Source of the DNA: Porphyridium purpureum
Taxonomy: Eukaryota
Assembly (NCBI GenBank): GCA_008690995.1
Contig: VRMN01000012.1
Coordinates: 1 to 64,000 of the forward strand
Direction: 5' to 3'
DNA: 64,000 bases
Below are positions 1 to 9,885 of this stretch, piece after piece (the stretch's first letter is position 1; each line of letters starts with the position of its first letter). The translations under genes and the position numbers were made by a program. The notes under the pieces are model-generated. The model did not search any database and had not been told where the DNA came from. It saw nothing but the letters and a program-made list of their open reading frames with translations.

Positions 1-274
1 CTCTGCTTCTTCTTTCTTGCCTCTTCTGTCTCCGAGCAAGACCTGACCGGCTAGTCCGGGCAGGCGCGTCGCCTTTTTATACCCTTACTTCCGCCAGGGA
101 CAGCAAGGCGCCAAGAGAAATGACAATGCAAATCATTGGCATTTCTGCGCGCGTCTAGAAGGTTCTGGAACCTCTAGAAGCTTCTAGAAACGGTTAAACG
201 GTCTGCCGGCTTAGCGGCTTACCGGTTTCGGATTAACCGAACCGTTCTAGGTGACTGGGGTCGAACGGATAACA
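1..274 (-). repeat. 3' LTR of family A copy 1 (partial)
   Basis: Matches 5168-5441 except for one substitution seen at position 205. Ends GGATAACA on the + strand. Confidence 0.96.
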
Positions 275-288
275 TCTCCCCCCCTCTT
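275..288 (-). other. Polypurine tract (AAGAGGGGGGGAGA)
   Basis: Purine run on the - strand immediately before the 3' LTR. The same tract is at 9767-9780. Confidence 0.9.
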
Positions 289-393
289 GGCTCGACGTCT
301 CGGCGAGACTCCAAACTAAGTTGCATTCTTGGCTCGAGGAACCCGCGCTCCGGGAGAAAACCTCTGCCTAGCAAACTTCTCACAATACCCAAG

Positions 394-3300
394 TCATTCA
401 GAGTCAGACTCTTCGATAATTTTCAACAAGTCGGGCTCAGAATCGGACGCCGGCATTTCGTCGGGTACTTCTTCATCATTTTCCCCTGCCATGTAGTCTT
501 CGCGTCCATAGTATGGCTTCAGATGTTGGATCGGAAAAACATCATGACAAGCCACACCCTCAGGCAAAATCACTCGGTAAGCATGCGAGCTTACCTTCTC
601 AATGACAGGCACCGGACCAAGAAACTTTGGTGCCGCCAAATCACTCTTATTCGGCCGCAGTTGCGGCGCCGTGATCAACACTTGATCACCAACTTGAAAC
701 TCTCGGGCATCCTTGCTTCGATCGAAGAACTTCTGCATTCTCTCTTGGGCTTCGATCAAATTGTCGCGGACTTCTTCATGGACTTTGCACAGGCGAAACC
801 AGTGCTCCGCCATGTCCTTCGTCTGTCCGTCGCGCGCAGGCCTCCACCCTTCGCTCGGTGGAAACCAAGGATCCCTTCCATATACCACTTTGAACGGCGC
901 GAATCCAGTGGCACTGCTTGGTGCAGAGTTGTACGCAAACTCGTACAACGGCAAGTCTCGCACCCAGCCACTATTCGTCGCCATCAACTTGAGCATTTCC
1001 CGAATCACGCGGTTCACTCGCTCAGTTTGGCCATCTGTCTGCGGGTGGTTGGCGGTAGACATTGCCAACTTCATGCCCACCCGCTTGCTCAGCTGCTGCC
1101 AAAAGGTGGACGTGAACAGCGGATCTCGGTCAGATACAATTGACTTGGGGTATCCGAAACGGCTCACGACGTGCTTCACGAACAAGTCAGCACAACGCTT
1201 TGCTGTCAAGTCCTTGCGCGTCGGGATAAACAGCGCCATCTTCGAATAGCGATCCACCACAGTCATGATTGCATCACAGCTGCCTTCGCTCCGAGGCAGC
1301 TCCGTCACAAAGTCCATCGAAATGTCGACCCAAGGTCCTTCTGGGATCGACAAGGGCTTCAGCTTTCCAAACGACCGATTCTCAGACTTTGTCACTTGGC
1401 ATGCGTGACAAGTCTTCACAAAACGGCTCACGTCTCGCTTCATCTTTGGCCAGTAGAAGCGAGTGATCAAAGATGCATACGTCGTGTCGGCTCCACGGTG
1501 TCCTGCTGTCGGGATATCGTGGTGGAGCTGCATGACACGCTCTCTGAACTTCCTCGGCACGCAAACGCGATTCCTCAAGTACAAGAGCCCAGCTTCGGTT
1601 CGAAAACCCTGGTGGGTCGGTAAGTCTTCCATCAAAGTACCCAAGTCTGGGTCACTCGAGTACGAACCCACGAATGCCTGGAAACCCGCACCAAATTCAT
1701 CACACCGAACTTGGTACTCTAGCGCGTGCAACTCTGGCTTCCTCGACAAAGCATCGGCTACCACGTTCGACTTTCCCTTCACATAGTCGATCGTGATGTC
1801 AAACTCGGCTAAAAAGTCCAACCACCGTGCCTGCCGGCCATTCAGCTCCTTCTGCGTCATCAGATGTTTCAACGCCTCATGATCCGTATGAAGCACAAAC
1901 TTTGCCCCGTACAGATAAGGTCGAAACTCTCGCAGACAGTGAATGACGGCCATGAGCTCACCTTCATAGCTGCTGTACCTGGTCTCTCGGTCCAGCAGCT
2001 TACTCGACGTAAACGCGACCGGTCTGCCTTCCTGTGCCAGCCATCCCCCCACCGCGACTTCAGAGCGGTCCGTGTACACCTCAAATGGCTTTTCAGGGTC
2101 TGGCAAGGCCAACACCGGCGCTTCCGTCAACATACTCACAATCTTCTTGAAGGCCGACTTGCCTTCATCTCCCAGTTCGATCAGCTGCTTCTTCGACTTT
2201 GCGTTCTGCAACAGCGAAGTCAGCGGCGCCACGACGGTAGAGTATCCTTTGACAAACCTGCGAAACCAGTTTGTCATTCCCAAAAAGGATCTCAACTCCG
2301 TCACCGTCTTTGGCACTGGCCAATCTCTCAAAGCTTCCACCTTCCGTGGATCCATCTTCACGCAACCGTTGCCGACAATGTTCCCCAGGTATTCAACTTC
2401 AGAGACGAAGAAGCTGCACTTCTTGCGCTTCAAACGATACCCCGCCCTTTGCAAGCGCGACAACACTTCCTTCAGGACCTTACCATGCGACTGCCGATCC
2501 TTGGTGAAGACCAAAATATCGTCCAAGTAGACAATGACGGTCTTGTCCAGCAGATCTGCAAACAGCTCGTTCATGGCCCTCTGAAAAGTTGCCGGCGCGT
2601 TGCAAAGACCAAACGGCATCACACGGAACTCGAACTGTCCGTACCTGGTCTGGAACGCGGTCTTCGGCACGTCCTCTCTCCGAACACGCAACTGGTGGTA
2701 TCCCGATGCCAAATCCAACTTTGAAAAACAATGAGCTGCGCCCAGTCGATCCAGCAACTCATCCATGTTTGGCAACGGATACCGGTCCTTCACAGTTGCG
2801 TCGTTCAACGCCCGATAATCGACGCACATCCTCATGCTGCCGTCTTTCTTCTTCACGAGCAGCACGGGTGCTCCAAACGGGCTCTGACTCGGCTGGACGA
2901 ATCCTTTGTCCAGCAAGTCATCCAAAGTCTCTCGGAGGACTTTCAACTCCGCAGGGCTCAGTCGGTAGACCCTGCCCACTCTCACAGGCTTTTCATCTTT
3001 CAGCCTAATCACATGCTCCACTGTTCGGCTCTCAGGCAGCCCTCGCGGCTCCTCGAACAGATTTTCGAAATCATTGAGCATCTTCTTCACAGAGTCATCT
3101 CGTTTGCGCTCCACTGAACAGGGCTCCTCCCTTCCTTTCAGCACGCCGAGGTAGCACTCTTCTACCTCCTGACTCTTCAACAGCCGACGGAGCTCTTTCC
3201 GTGGCACCAGCATCTGCGTCATGCTCCAGGCCTTCTTCTCTCCGTAGGCCAACATGCCAGACTGCCAATCAATCACTGGGTTCTCCCGCTTCAGCCACTC

Positions 3301-3792
3301 CATGCCCAGAATTGCGTCTTGTCCCGCAATCCGGCAAATGGCAAAGTTAGCGGCCCCCGAGTACCCATCACTCAGTTCAAACTTGACATTGGAGACTTCT
3401 CCGGCTGTTTCCAATACAGACCCATCCGCTAGGGTCACATGATCTCTCTTCCACGACGCCTTCTGCTTCAGGCCGTCGGATTTCTGCACAAAGTCCACGC
3501 TCATGAAGTTGTCCGTCGCGCCACTGTCAATCAAAAACGTGGCCTCTCCGTCGGACTTGTGCACTTTTCCTCGAACTCGAAGAAGCATGGCAGCTCCCAT
3601 CCCTCCAAGTTCCTTGATCACGGGCTGATTTGCGCTCGAGTTTCGCCCACAAGGTGTCGGACAGCCAGACCTTGGCTTACCAAGGCCACCACAGCGGTCT
3701 TCATTGCCGCCCCTAGAGGTCTCGTAACGTCTGCGAGCCTCCTTTCCCTCTGACTGTCCGAGGAACCTTTTTACTCGAGCTCCTCGTTTTTT
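394..3792 (-). CDS. pol: Pol (protease-RT-RNase H-integrase), probably reached by -1 frameshift from gag
   Basis: Motifs LIDSGAT, CVDYRALN, YLDD, TDRS/YEGEL/VADALSR, HHCC zinc finger, DDE core, GPY/F-like KFLGPVP. No chromodomain; the tail is acidic. Confidence 0.95.
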   Translation of the reverse strand, partial: KKRGARVKRFLGQSEGKEARRRYETSRGGNEDRCGGLGKPRSGCPTPCGRNSSANQPVIKELGGMGAAMLLRVRGKVHKSDGEATFLIDSGATDNFMSVDFVQKSDGLKQKASWKRDHVTLADGSVLETAGEVSNVKFELSDGYSGAANFAICRIAGQDAILGMEWLKRENPVIDWQSGMLAYGEKKAWSMTQMLVPRKELRRLLKSQEVEECYLGVLKGREEPCSVERKRDDSVKKMLNDFENLFEEPRGLPESRTVEHVIRLKDEKPVRVGRVYRLSPAELKVLRETLDDLLDKGFVQPSQSPFGAPVLLVKKKDGSMRMCVDYRALNDATVKDRYPLPNMDELLDRLGAAHCFSKLDLASGYHQLRVRREDVPKTAFQTRYGQFEFRVMPFGLCNAPATFQRAMNELFADLLDKTVIVYLDDILVFTKDRQSHGKVLKEVLSRLQRAGYRLKRKKCSFFVSEVEYLGNIVGNGCVKMDPRKVEALRDWPVPKTVTELRSFLGMTNWFRRFVKGYSTVVAPLTSLLQNAKSKKQLIELGDEGKSAFKKIVSMLTEAPVLALPDPEKPFEVYTDRSEVAVGGWLAQEGRPVAFTSSKLLDRETRYSSYEGELMAVIHCLREFRPYLYGAKFVLHTDHEALKHLMTQKELNGRQARWLDFLAEFDITIDYVKGKSNVVADALSRKPELHALEYQVRCDEFGAGFQAFVGSYSSDPDLGTLMEDLPTHQGFRTEAGLLYLRNRVCVPRKFRERVMQLHHDIPTAGHRGADTTYASLITRFYWPKMKRDVSRFVKTCHACQVTKSENRSFGKLKPLSIPEGPWVDISMDFVTELPRSEGSCDAIMTVVDRYSKMALFIPTRKDLTAKRCADLFVKHVVSRFGYPKSIVSDRDPLFTSTFWQQLSKRVGMKLAMSTANHPQTDGQTERVNRVIREMLKLMATNSGWVRDLPLYEFAYNSAPSSATGFAPFKVVYGRDPWFPPSEGWRPARDGQTKDMAEHWFRLCKVHEEVRDNLIEAQERMQKFFDRSKDAREFQVGDQVLITAPQLRPNKSDLAAPKFLGPVPVIEKVSSHAYRVILPEGVACHDVFPIQHLKPYYGREDYMAGENDEEVPDEMPASDSEPDLLKIIEESDSE

Positions 3793-4577
3793 GACTCCAG
3801 CGAGTCTCCCTCCAGCTGGTGGATAGTCTTCCTTGCCTCGGGACACTTCCTCGCGATGTGTCCCGGCCTTCCACAATTCCAGCATTTGAGCTCGGTACGA
3901 ACACGCCTCTGACCCTGCACATGTCCCAGCTCCATCGGGACGGGTCCTTCCTGCGCTGCACGACCGAAAAATGGCGCCCTCACACTTGAATCACGCACGC
4001 CGCGGGTCGCATGAATGGCGTCGTCCACGACCACCGCCACCTGCGCAGCCTCCGCAAACGTACTCACTCCTCGCTTGTACACTTCCAAGCGGACCTCGGG
4101 CTTCAGACCCCTCACAAAGCGGTCCATCATTTCTGCGTCCGACAAGTCCGGAATCACAAGTGCCGCGTCCTGAAAAGCCGCCACATACGCATGGGCAGGG
4201 CCTTTCTGCGAAAGACGCGTCAACTTGTCCCTTGCACGCCTGATCGAATCCTGCGGCGTGAACCGAGCACTCACGAGGGCAGCAAAATCATTCCACGTCG
4301 TGGGGATCTCCTGCGGGTAGCGTTCGCAGTTTAGAACCCACCAATGAAGCGCTTCTCCCTCGAAATAGTCTGATGCCAGGTCCACAGCACGCCTCTCCGC
4401 AAGCAGACGTTTCTCCAAATCGTCCGGGTGGAAGCTCTCCAACAGCCGGCCCAAGATCTTCTTTCTCGCCTGGAACAACCACGTCTTCACAACCAGAAGG
4501 TCACGCTTCCCGTCGAACCTCATCAGACGGGCCTCCTTCGGGCCACGTGGTCCCAGCGTCTCCGAATCAATCTCCAT
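3771..4577 (-). CDS. gag: Gag with CCHC zinc knuckle
   Basis: First ATG (MEIDSETLG) at 4577. Retrotransposon-gag-like motifs ALHWW, TTWNDF, FVRGLKPEV, GPVPMELG and CWNCGRPGHIARKC. Confidence 0.93.
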   Translation of the reverse strand: MEIDSETLGPRGPKEARLMRFDGKRDLLVVKTWLFQARKKILGRLLESFHPDDLEKRLLAERRAVDLASDYFEGEALHWWVLNCERYPQEIPTTWNDFAALVSARFTPQDSIRRARDKLTRLSQKGPAHAYVAAFQDAALVIPDLSDAEMMDRFVRGLKPEVRLEVYKRGVSTFAEAAQVAVVVDDAIHATRGVRDSSVRAPFFGRAAQEGPVPMELGHVQGQRRVRTELKCWNCGRPGHIARKCPEARKTIHQLEGDSLESKNEELE

Positions 4578-5124
4578 GCTTTCTGGACACAAGCACGCTC
4601 AACGATCACGACAACACGAACAGCAAGCCTCCGATGCTCACTTTCTCCAACAGCTGCGCGCACCACGAACGGGCTCGGTCGCCCTCACGGACACAAACCG
4701 ACACACGAAGCTGTCCTCTCACGCACACACACGCACAGCAATCTTCTCATGCACGCACAACAAAGCACACAGCAATCCTCCTCTGTTGCGCTGGATGGGG
4801 AGCGGCCCGGGCCTTTGCACTGGGGCGGGGATTATAGATGCGATCTTGTATGGAGGTGTTCGGCGCCTACCTTCGCAAAGGTGGTCGTGCGACACTAGGA
4901 TGAATCCTAGTGAAGGCTGACCGTTACGGCTCTTGCCTACTAATACGTGCTAAGGCAGAGAGCGAGTCCGCCGTCAAGGCCTAGGCCTATCGTACAGCCA
5001 GGACTGAGACCCGCTTCCACCCGTCGCACCCTCCGGATCGACTTACTCGAACCCCCTTACCCGCAGACTCTCCCACCCAGGCAACCCCAGAGAAACTCTA
5101 AGAGAACCTTAGAGCAACCCCAGG

Positions 5125-5142
5125 TAACCAGCGACGATACCA
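5125..5142 (-). other. Putative primer-binding site (TGGTATCGTCGC...), initiator-Met-like start
   Basis: TGGTATC begins 2 nt after the 5' LTR. Copy 2 reads TGGTATCATCGC at 14617-14634. Confidence 0.7.
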
Positions 5143-5144
5143 AA

Positions 5145-5441
5145 TGTTACCAATGCTGTGCCTTTTACTCTGCTTCTTCTTTCTTGCCTCTTCTGTCTCC
5201 GAGCAAGACCTGACCGGCTAGTCCGGGCAGGCGCGTCGCCTTTTTATACCCTTACTTCCGCCAGGGACAGCAAGGCGCCAAGAGAAATGACAATGCAAAT
5301 CATTGGCATTTCTGCGCGCGTCTAGAAGGTTCTGGAACCTCTAGAAGCTTCTAGAAACGGTTAAACGGTCTACCGGCTTAGCGGCTTACCGGTTTCGGAT
5401 TAACCGAACCGTTCTAGGTGACTGGGGTCGAACGGATAACA
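5145..5441 (-). repeat. 5' LTR of family A copy 1 (297 bp)
   Basis: TG...CA termini with a TGTTA/TAACA inverted repeat. TATAAAA on the - strand. Confidence 0.97.
5324..5357. promoter_or_regulatory. Two heat-shock elements (aGAAg-gTTCt-gGAAc and aGAAg-cTTCt-aGAAa) in LTR U3
   Basis: Perfect alternating nGAAn triplets about 75-110 bp upstream of the LTR TATA box. Present in all four family A LTRs. Confidence 0.75.
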
Positions 5442-5454
5442 CTGGTGATACCTG

Positions 5455-7056
5455 TTCCCACTGTTTCTCGCTAATGACCTGGAATTAACTGGGCAGATCC
5501 GACAACTCAGAACGTTTCCGCTTCGAGCATATGTCAATCAAGAAAGATGCGCTGGTTCTGCGGTTCCATCGCACGAAGTCTGAACCATGCAGATGACTTC
5601 AGCTCAGACGAGCCGAAACACGTGTTTGTTAGCCCTCTCTGGCCATATTTGGGCGCGTTTCTCTCGCTGGCGCTCTATCTCATGGAATACACAGCAAGCG
5701 GAGAGTCGCATTTACTTGATGGAGGGACGCTGAATTGGCAAATGCCAAGTAAAATGCGAAGTGGTATCTGTCACCCGGATATTGAAAGCCTACTTGAGAG
5801 CTTCGGCTGGACCCAAAAGGCTATGGGACTATTTCATTTCGAGAAGGGTCGACAAGCCATTGCTTCGAGGGGCGAGCAGGCTCCGAAAACGTACTTTCGA
5901 TTATTTTGCGAGGAGGAGGGTCTATCGGAGGAGCAAAGGAGCGCTGCATACATTACCAGCCAGTGGGAGATCAGTTTGTAGGCCGACTGGTCGCTGGGCT
6001 GCCGCTCAATCGGCCACAATTCGCGGTGATGCTACGAGTATTCCAGGAGGAAGATTTTCTCGAAGCTATTTTCCGAGCGCAGCTTGCGCGTGCGCGAAGG
6101 CTTTTGTCTCCCGCTCTTGCTGACTCTGGATGCGGGTTGAAGGTCCCACTTCAAAACGTCCTCGTGGCGCAGATTGTTTATTATCGGCGGTGGCCGGGAG
6201 GTCTCATTTTGACAACACACGCACTCTTTAAGACCTTTCTATTTTGCCCAGCGAGTCACTTCATGATGAACGCGCTTCATTCAGCACGTGTTGGGGGTTC
6301 GCGAAAGACGTTGCGAAAGAGCATTTACGAAGCAACCGGGATTCCGGCATCAACAATTTTTTTGACATTACTTTCAGAGCTCGCAGAGACGCAGTGGGAA
6401 ACCGTGGATGCCATGCAGTCGTTTATTTGCGACAAGCTTGCAGGCCTTGTGTTGCCCAAATCAAACGTCACCAATTTGTCGCTGGATGCAAGACTGAAAG
6501 ACTTTGGCGATGAGCTGCGCGCGTTCATAACGAAGCAGGCACAACAGGTGCAGGTGACAGGCGCGCTGTCGCAAGATGAAAAACATGAAGAACTGGGCCA
6601 GCTGTTCCGCCCAACGTGTATTCATGTGGTTCTTGGTTTCACCGTGCCCCCGAGGACTTTGTCTTACCAAAGGGCATCGCGCTGAGAGAAGCTTGGCGCC
6701 TTTGGTGGTGTGGAAGGCACGAACCTCACGTTTGAGCATATTGATTGCTGCGCTGCAGCGAAATGCTTACTACAAGCACGTACCATCGCTTTTCTGAATG
6801 GCGCTTTGTTTTGCAGGCGCTTTGCAAAAAGCTAAACGAGAAAGGAGTTGACGTCTTCAGCGTTGACGCAGTCAAAGCCAACGAGCTTTTCGAGAATATG
6901 GTTGCTCTTGGTCTTGCCCCTGCGTCCGTGATTCAACAGGGACGAAAGCGACTGCGCGCGTCGGACAGAACAATTTCAACTATCTGTAGCACAATGCGGC
7001 TCGAGACTGCAAGAAGCGGACTTCGAGAGAACGCTGGATACGCAGAGATCCGGTGA
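5455..7056 (+). pseudogene. Decayed Crypton-type tyrosine recombinase transposon gene
   Basis: Across stops and frameshifts: HCFSLMTWN*LGRSDN, DALVLRFHRTKS, PKHVFVSP..P, GTISFREG (HSxRKG-like), LRGGGSIGGAKERCIHYQPVGDQFVGRLVAGLP. These follow the CryptonS-like motif order. Confidence 0.8.
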
Positions 7057-8631
7057 AATAAAGCGGATGAAATTTATTTCGGACTCCTAACACTCAAAGC
7101 GGGCTGTCCAGGGGGTGTGTGTATGTGAATGTGTATGTGCCTGTGCTCTGCGGTTGCGCCCATTTTGCGCAATATTCAATCATGACCGCTGTACAGGCAA
7201 TCTTTGGCCTGGCCGGTACTCTCGCGCACCAGTTCGCTGGATCGTGGAGTCAAACCCGTAGATGTTCTGTTTACGAGGCGCTTGTGTGGCGAGCGAACTG
7301 AGCACGTTCTCGTTCGCCGCGCTGCTTGAATAGGGAGTACAATGCAGCAAGCGCGTTCCCACGTCCAGCAGCGTCGCCGCCTCAAACGCTTTACAAGAGT
7401 TCTCCAGCGCAACCACGGCGGCGTGCACATCAATTCGCGGGTTACTGCGGGCATGCGGCGATATTTGCAGTGGCAGACCCGGAGCTTGCAATTGCACGTA
7501 CGCCTCGTGCGACGATCCAATCGGCAAGATTCTGAATGCGCGCATCCTTTTCACCGAGGCGACTCATCTCAAGCCTTCCTAAGGCGAGTCATAACCGTCT
7601 TGGGGCAGTGTGTGCGAACTCCATTCGCACGCGACCGCCGTTTACGTGACGAAAAGTGTTAGTTCGGCATTTTCATGGTGGCTGTGGCAGACAGTACGGA
7701 AGGAGGGAAAGCATGTCTTTGATATTGATGTTTGCAGCTCTTTTACTCCAGTCGCACTGGAATCATTGGCACCTCTTCGCTTGAAAGCCTTTTCAGAATC
7801 TCTTCCTTGCTTCGCAGAGTCAACGCATTCGCATTATGAATTGTATTCCCGTCGTGCTCTTACGACCCTGCTCGACGTAAACGAGCCCCGACAAGGTGAA
7901 GTCGTGTGGAGCACTCGAATGCTCGCAGCAGTTTTCCAGACGCAGCCTGAATGTGCAGCATTCTTTTCGCAAATTGCTCATGCAGTGATGTGACACCCTT
8001 CGTGCAAAACTTGTTTTGCAAATGCATCTTGCGATCGTTGCCGAAAATTCCTTCCAATCACAGAAATTTCACACGATGAATACAGGTTTGCGGTTTGACA
8101 TTCCACTCCTTTCTGTGACGAAAAAACCGAGGAAGACGCTGTACCTCTGTGCACTGCTTGAAGCGCCTCACACAGCGTTGTGTTGACCGGAGGGGAAGTT
8201 GTTTCCGACCGCTCTGAGCTCGAGGGGGTGCGCGCGCTTTAGCCTTCATTTCGTAAGCCACCAGCCATGTCATGCCGGTTCGCAGTTCCGGCCGACCGGT
8301 GGCTGCGAGTGCACCGCACATTCTGTGGCCAGTGTGCGAGTAAGGTAATGTTTTGTGCGGGCGATGCGGCGCGATGGGCCGTGCCTCGTCCGTATGTAAT
8401 GACTCCAGCGCCGGTGCGCCAGGGCTAGCTGCTCTTCGAAGGGCTCTTTTAAGCAAGAACAAGGATAGGAGAGACATTGTCAGGTTGACTAAAAAGGGAG
8501 GCTTCTTTTCTGGCCACCTGCTTGTGATTTTCTGCCACAGTGGCCTTTGTCTGTATTCTCGGTCATACCGCGGCGCCTACCTTTTAAGGGTTCCTGGGCT
8601 ATTCTTCTTGCGAAAATGGATATGATGTGCA

Positions 8632-8934
8632 TGTTTAGGTATAATGCCAGTGCTGGATTGGTAATCCGGCATTGGAGCTAAAAGATACTCTTCCTCGGGG
8701 GAGTACAATGAGCGGAGCGGATGCAAGGTGCGCTCAAGCGCAATGTCCACCGTGAAGCGATGAGACTGATTTGCTTTGCTATTCTCTTGGCGCCTTGCTA
8801 TCCCTCACGTAGCGTATGGCTGTAAAAGGGCAATGGGCCTGCTGGGTCGACATATATAGGTTTTACCCTGAGACAGAAGAAGAAGGAAGGAAGGGGCAGA
8901 AGAAATCGTATACAGCTAAGGCAACTTGGGAACA
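8632..8934 (+). repeat. Diverged solo LTR related to family A, opposite orientation (5' boundary approximate)
   Basis: 8767-8934 aligns by eye to the reverse complement of the family A LTR (TGATTTGC..TTCTCTTGGCGCCTTGCT.TCCCT...GAGACAGAAGA...TTGGGAACA). No TSD found. Confidence 0.7.
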
Positions 8935-9469
8935 GAGTTGGTAACCGTTCTCAACAATAAATGTTCTCGGGTGCGTGAATGTCAGCACGTTTCATGGGCG
9001 TCTTAGATCGTGCCAACTATCGCGCATCTTGTACCACCCGCATAGCCCCAAAAGAATGCGGGGCGTTGTATGCGTCCAAACTAGCAGGTTTGTGATGCGA
9101 TGCGAACCCATGCCGCTGCCTCAGCGCGAAATTTTCGAGCCGCGCGGGTAGCGGTCAGTGCGGCGCATCATGCACGCGGCGTACTGATCCTAGCGCACTG
9201 AATTTGGCCCCCCTTTTGATGCGTACCGACTACTCCATTGGGCGAACATATGAATCGACATACCCCGTGGCGCTCCTGCAGTACCAAATTGTCTTTTTTT
9301 CATTGTTGTTGCAGTTATTTTAATTGCTCATCACTCAACACTGAACGAATCGTCATGCCTAGGGAAAAGGTAACAGCCGCGCCAGTCTATTCAGAGCCTC
9401 AATGTGCCCATCACCACACACGCATCCTTTTCCTTTCTCCCTCTCCTGGCAGCCGCTGCGCTCCTTCTG

Positions 9470-9766
9470 TGTTACCAATGCTGTGCCTTTTACTCTGCTT
9501 CTTCTTTCTTGCCTCTTCTGTCTCCGAGCAAGACCTGACCGGCTAGTCCGGGCAGGCGCGTCGCCTTTTTATACCCTTACTTCCGCCAGGGACAGCAAGG
9601 CGCCAAGAGAAATGACAATGCAAATCATTGGCATTTCTGCGCGCGTCTAGAAGGTTCTGGAACCTCTAGAAGCTTCTAGAAACGGTTAAACGGTCTACCG
9701 GCTTAGCGGCTTACCGGTTTCGGATTAACCGAACCGTTCTAGGTGACTGGGGTCGAACGGATAACA
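9470..9766 (-). repeat. 3' LTR of family A copy 2
   Basis: 297 bp; appears identical to 5145-5441. Confidence 0.97.
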
Positions 9767-9885
9767 TCTCCCCCCCTCTTGGCTCGACGTCTCGGCGAGA
9801 CTCCAAACTAAGTTGCATTCTTGGCTCGAGGAACCCGCGCTCCGGGAGAAAACCTCTGCCTAGCAAACTTCTCACAATACCCAAG

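Larger units (their letters stand above)
1..5441 (-). mobile_element. Ty3/Gypsy LTR retrotransposon, family A copy 1 (3' LTR truncated by 23 nt at the window edge)
   Basis: Direct-repeat LTRs at 1-274 and 5145-5441 (TGTTA...TAACA). Internal order is gag then PR-RT-RH-IN. PBS-like and PPT sequences abut the LTRs. Confidence 0.97.

Noticed and set aside
523..3117. Long antisense ORFs over pol (also 10015-12609 and 49273-53142)
   Set aside because: Shadow ORFs expected opposite GC-rich coding sequence; no recognisable motifs.
7060..8630. Possible further TE or gene remnants between the Crypton and the solo LTR
   Set aside because: No motif I could identify with confidence.
5145..9766. Composite element formed by the two identical inner LTRs carrying the Crypton
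   Set aside because: Each LTR belongs to its own complete element (copy 2 has its own TTCTG TSD), and the enclosed DNA has no PBS or PPT in the right positions.
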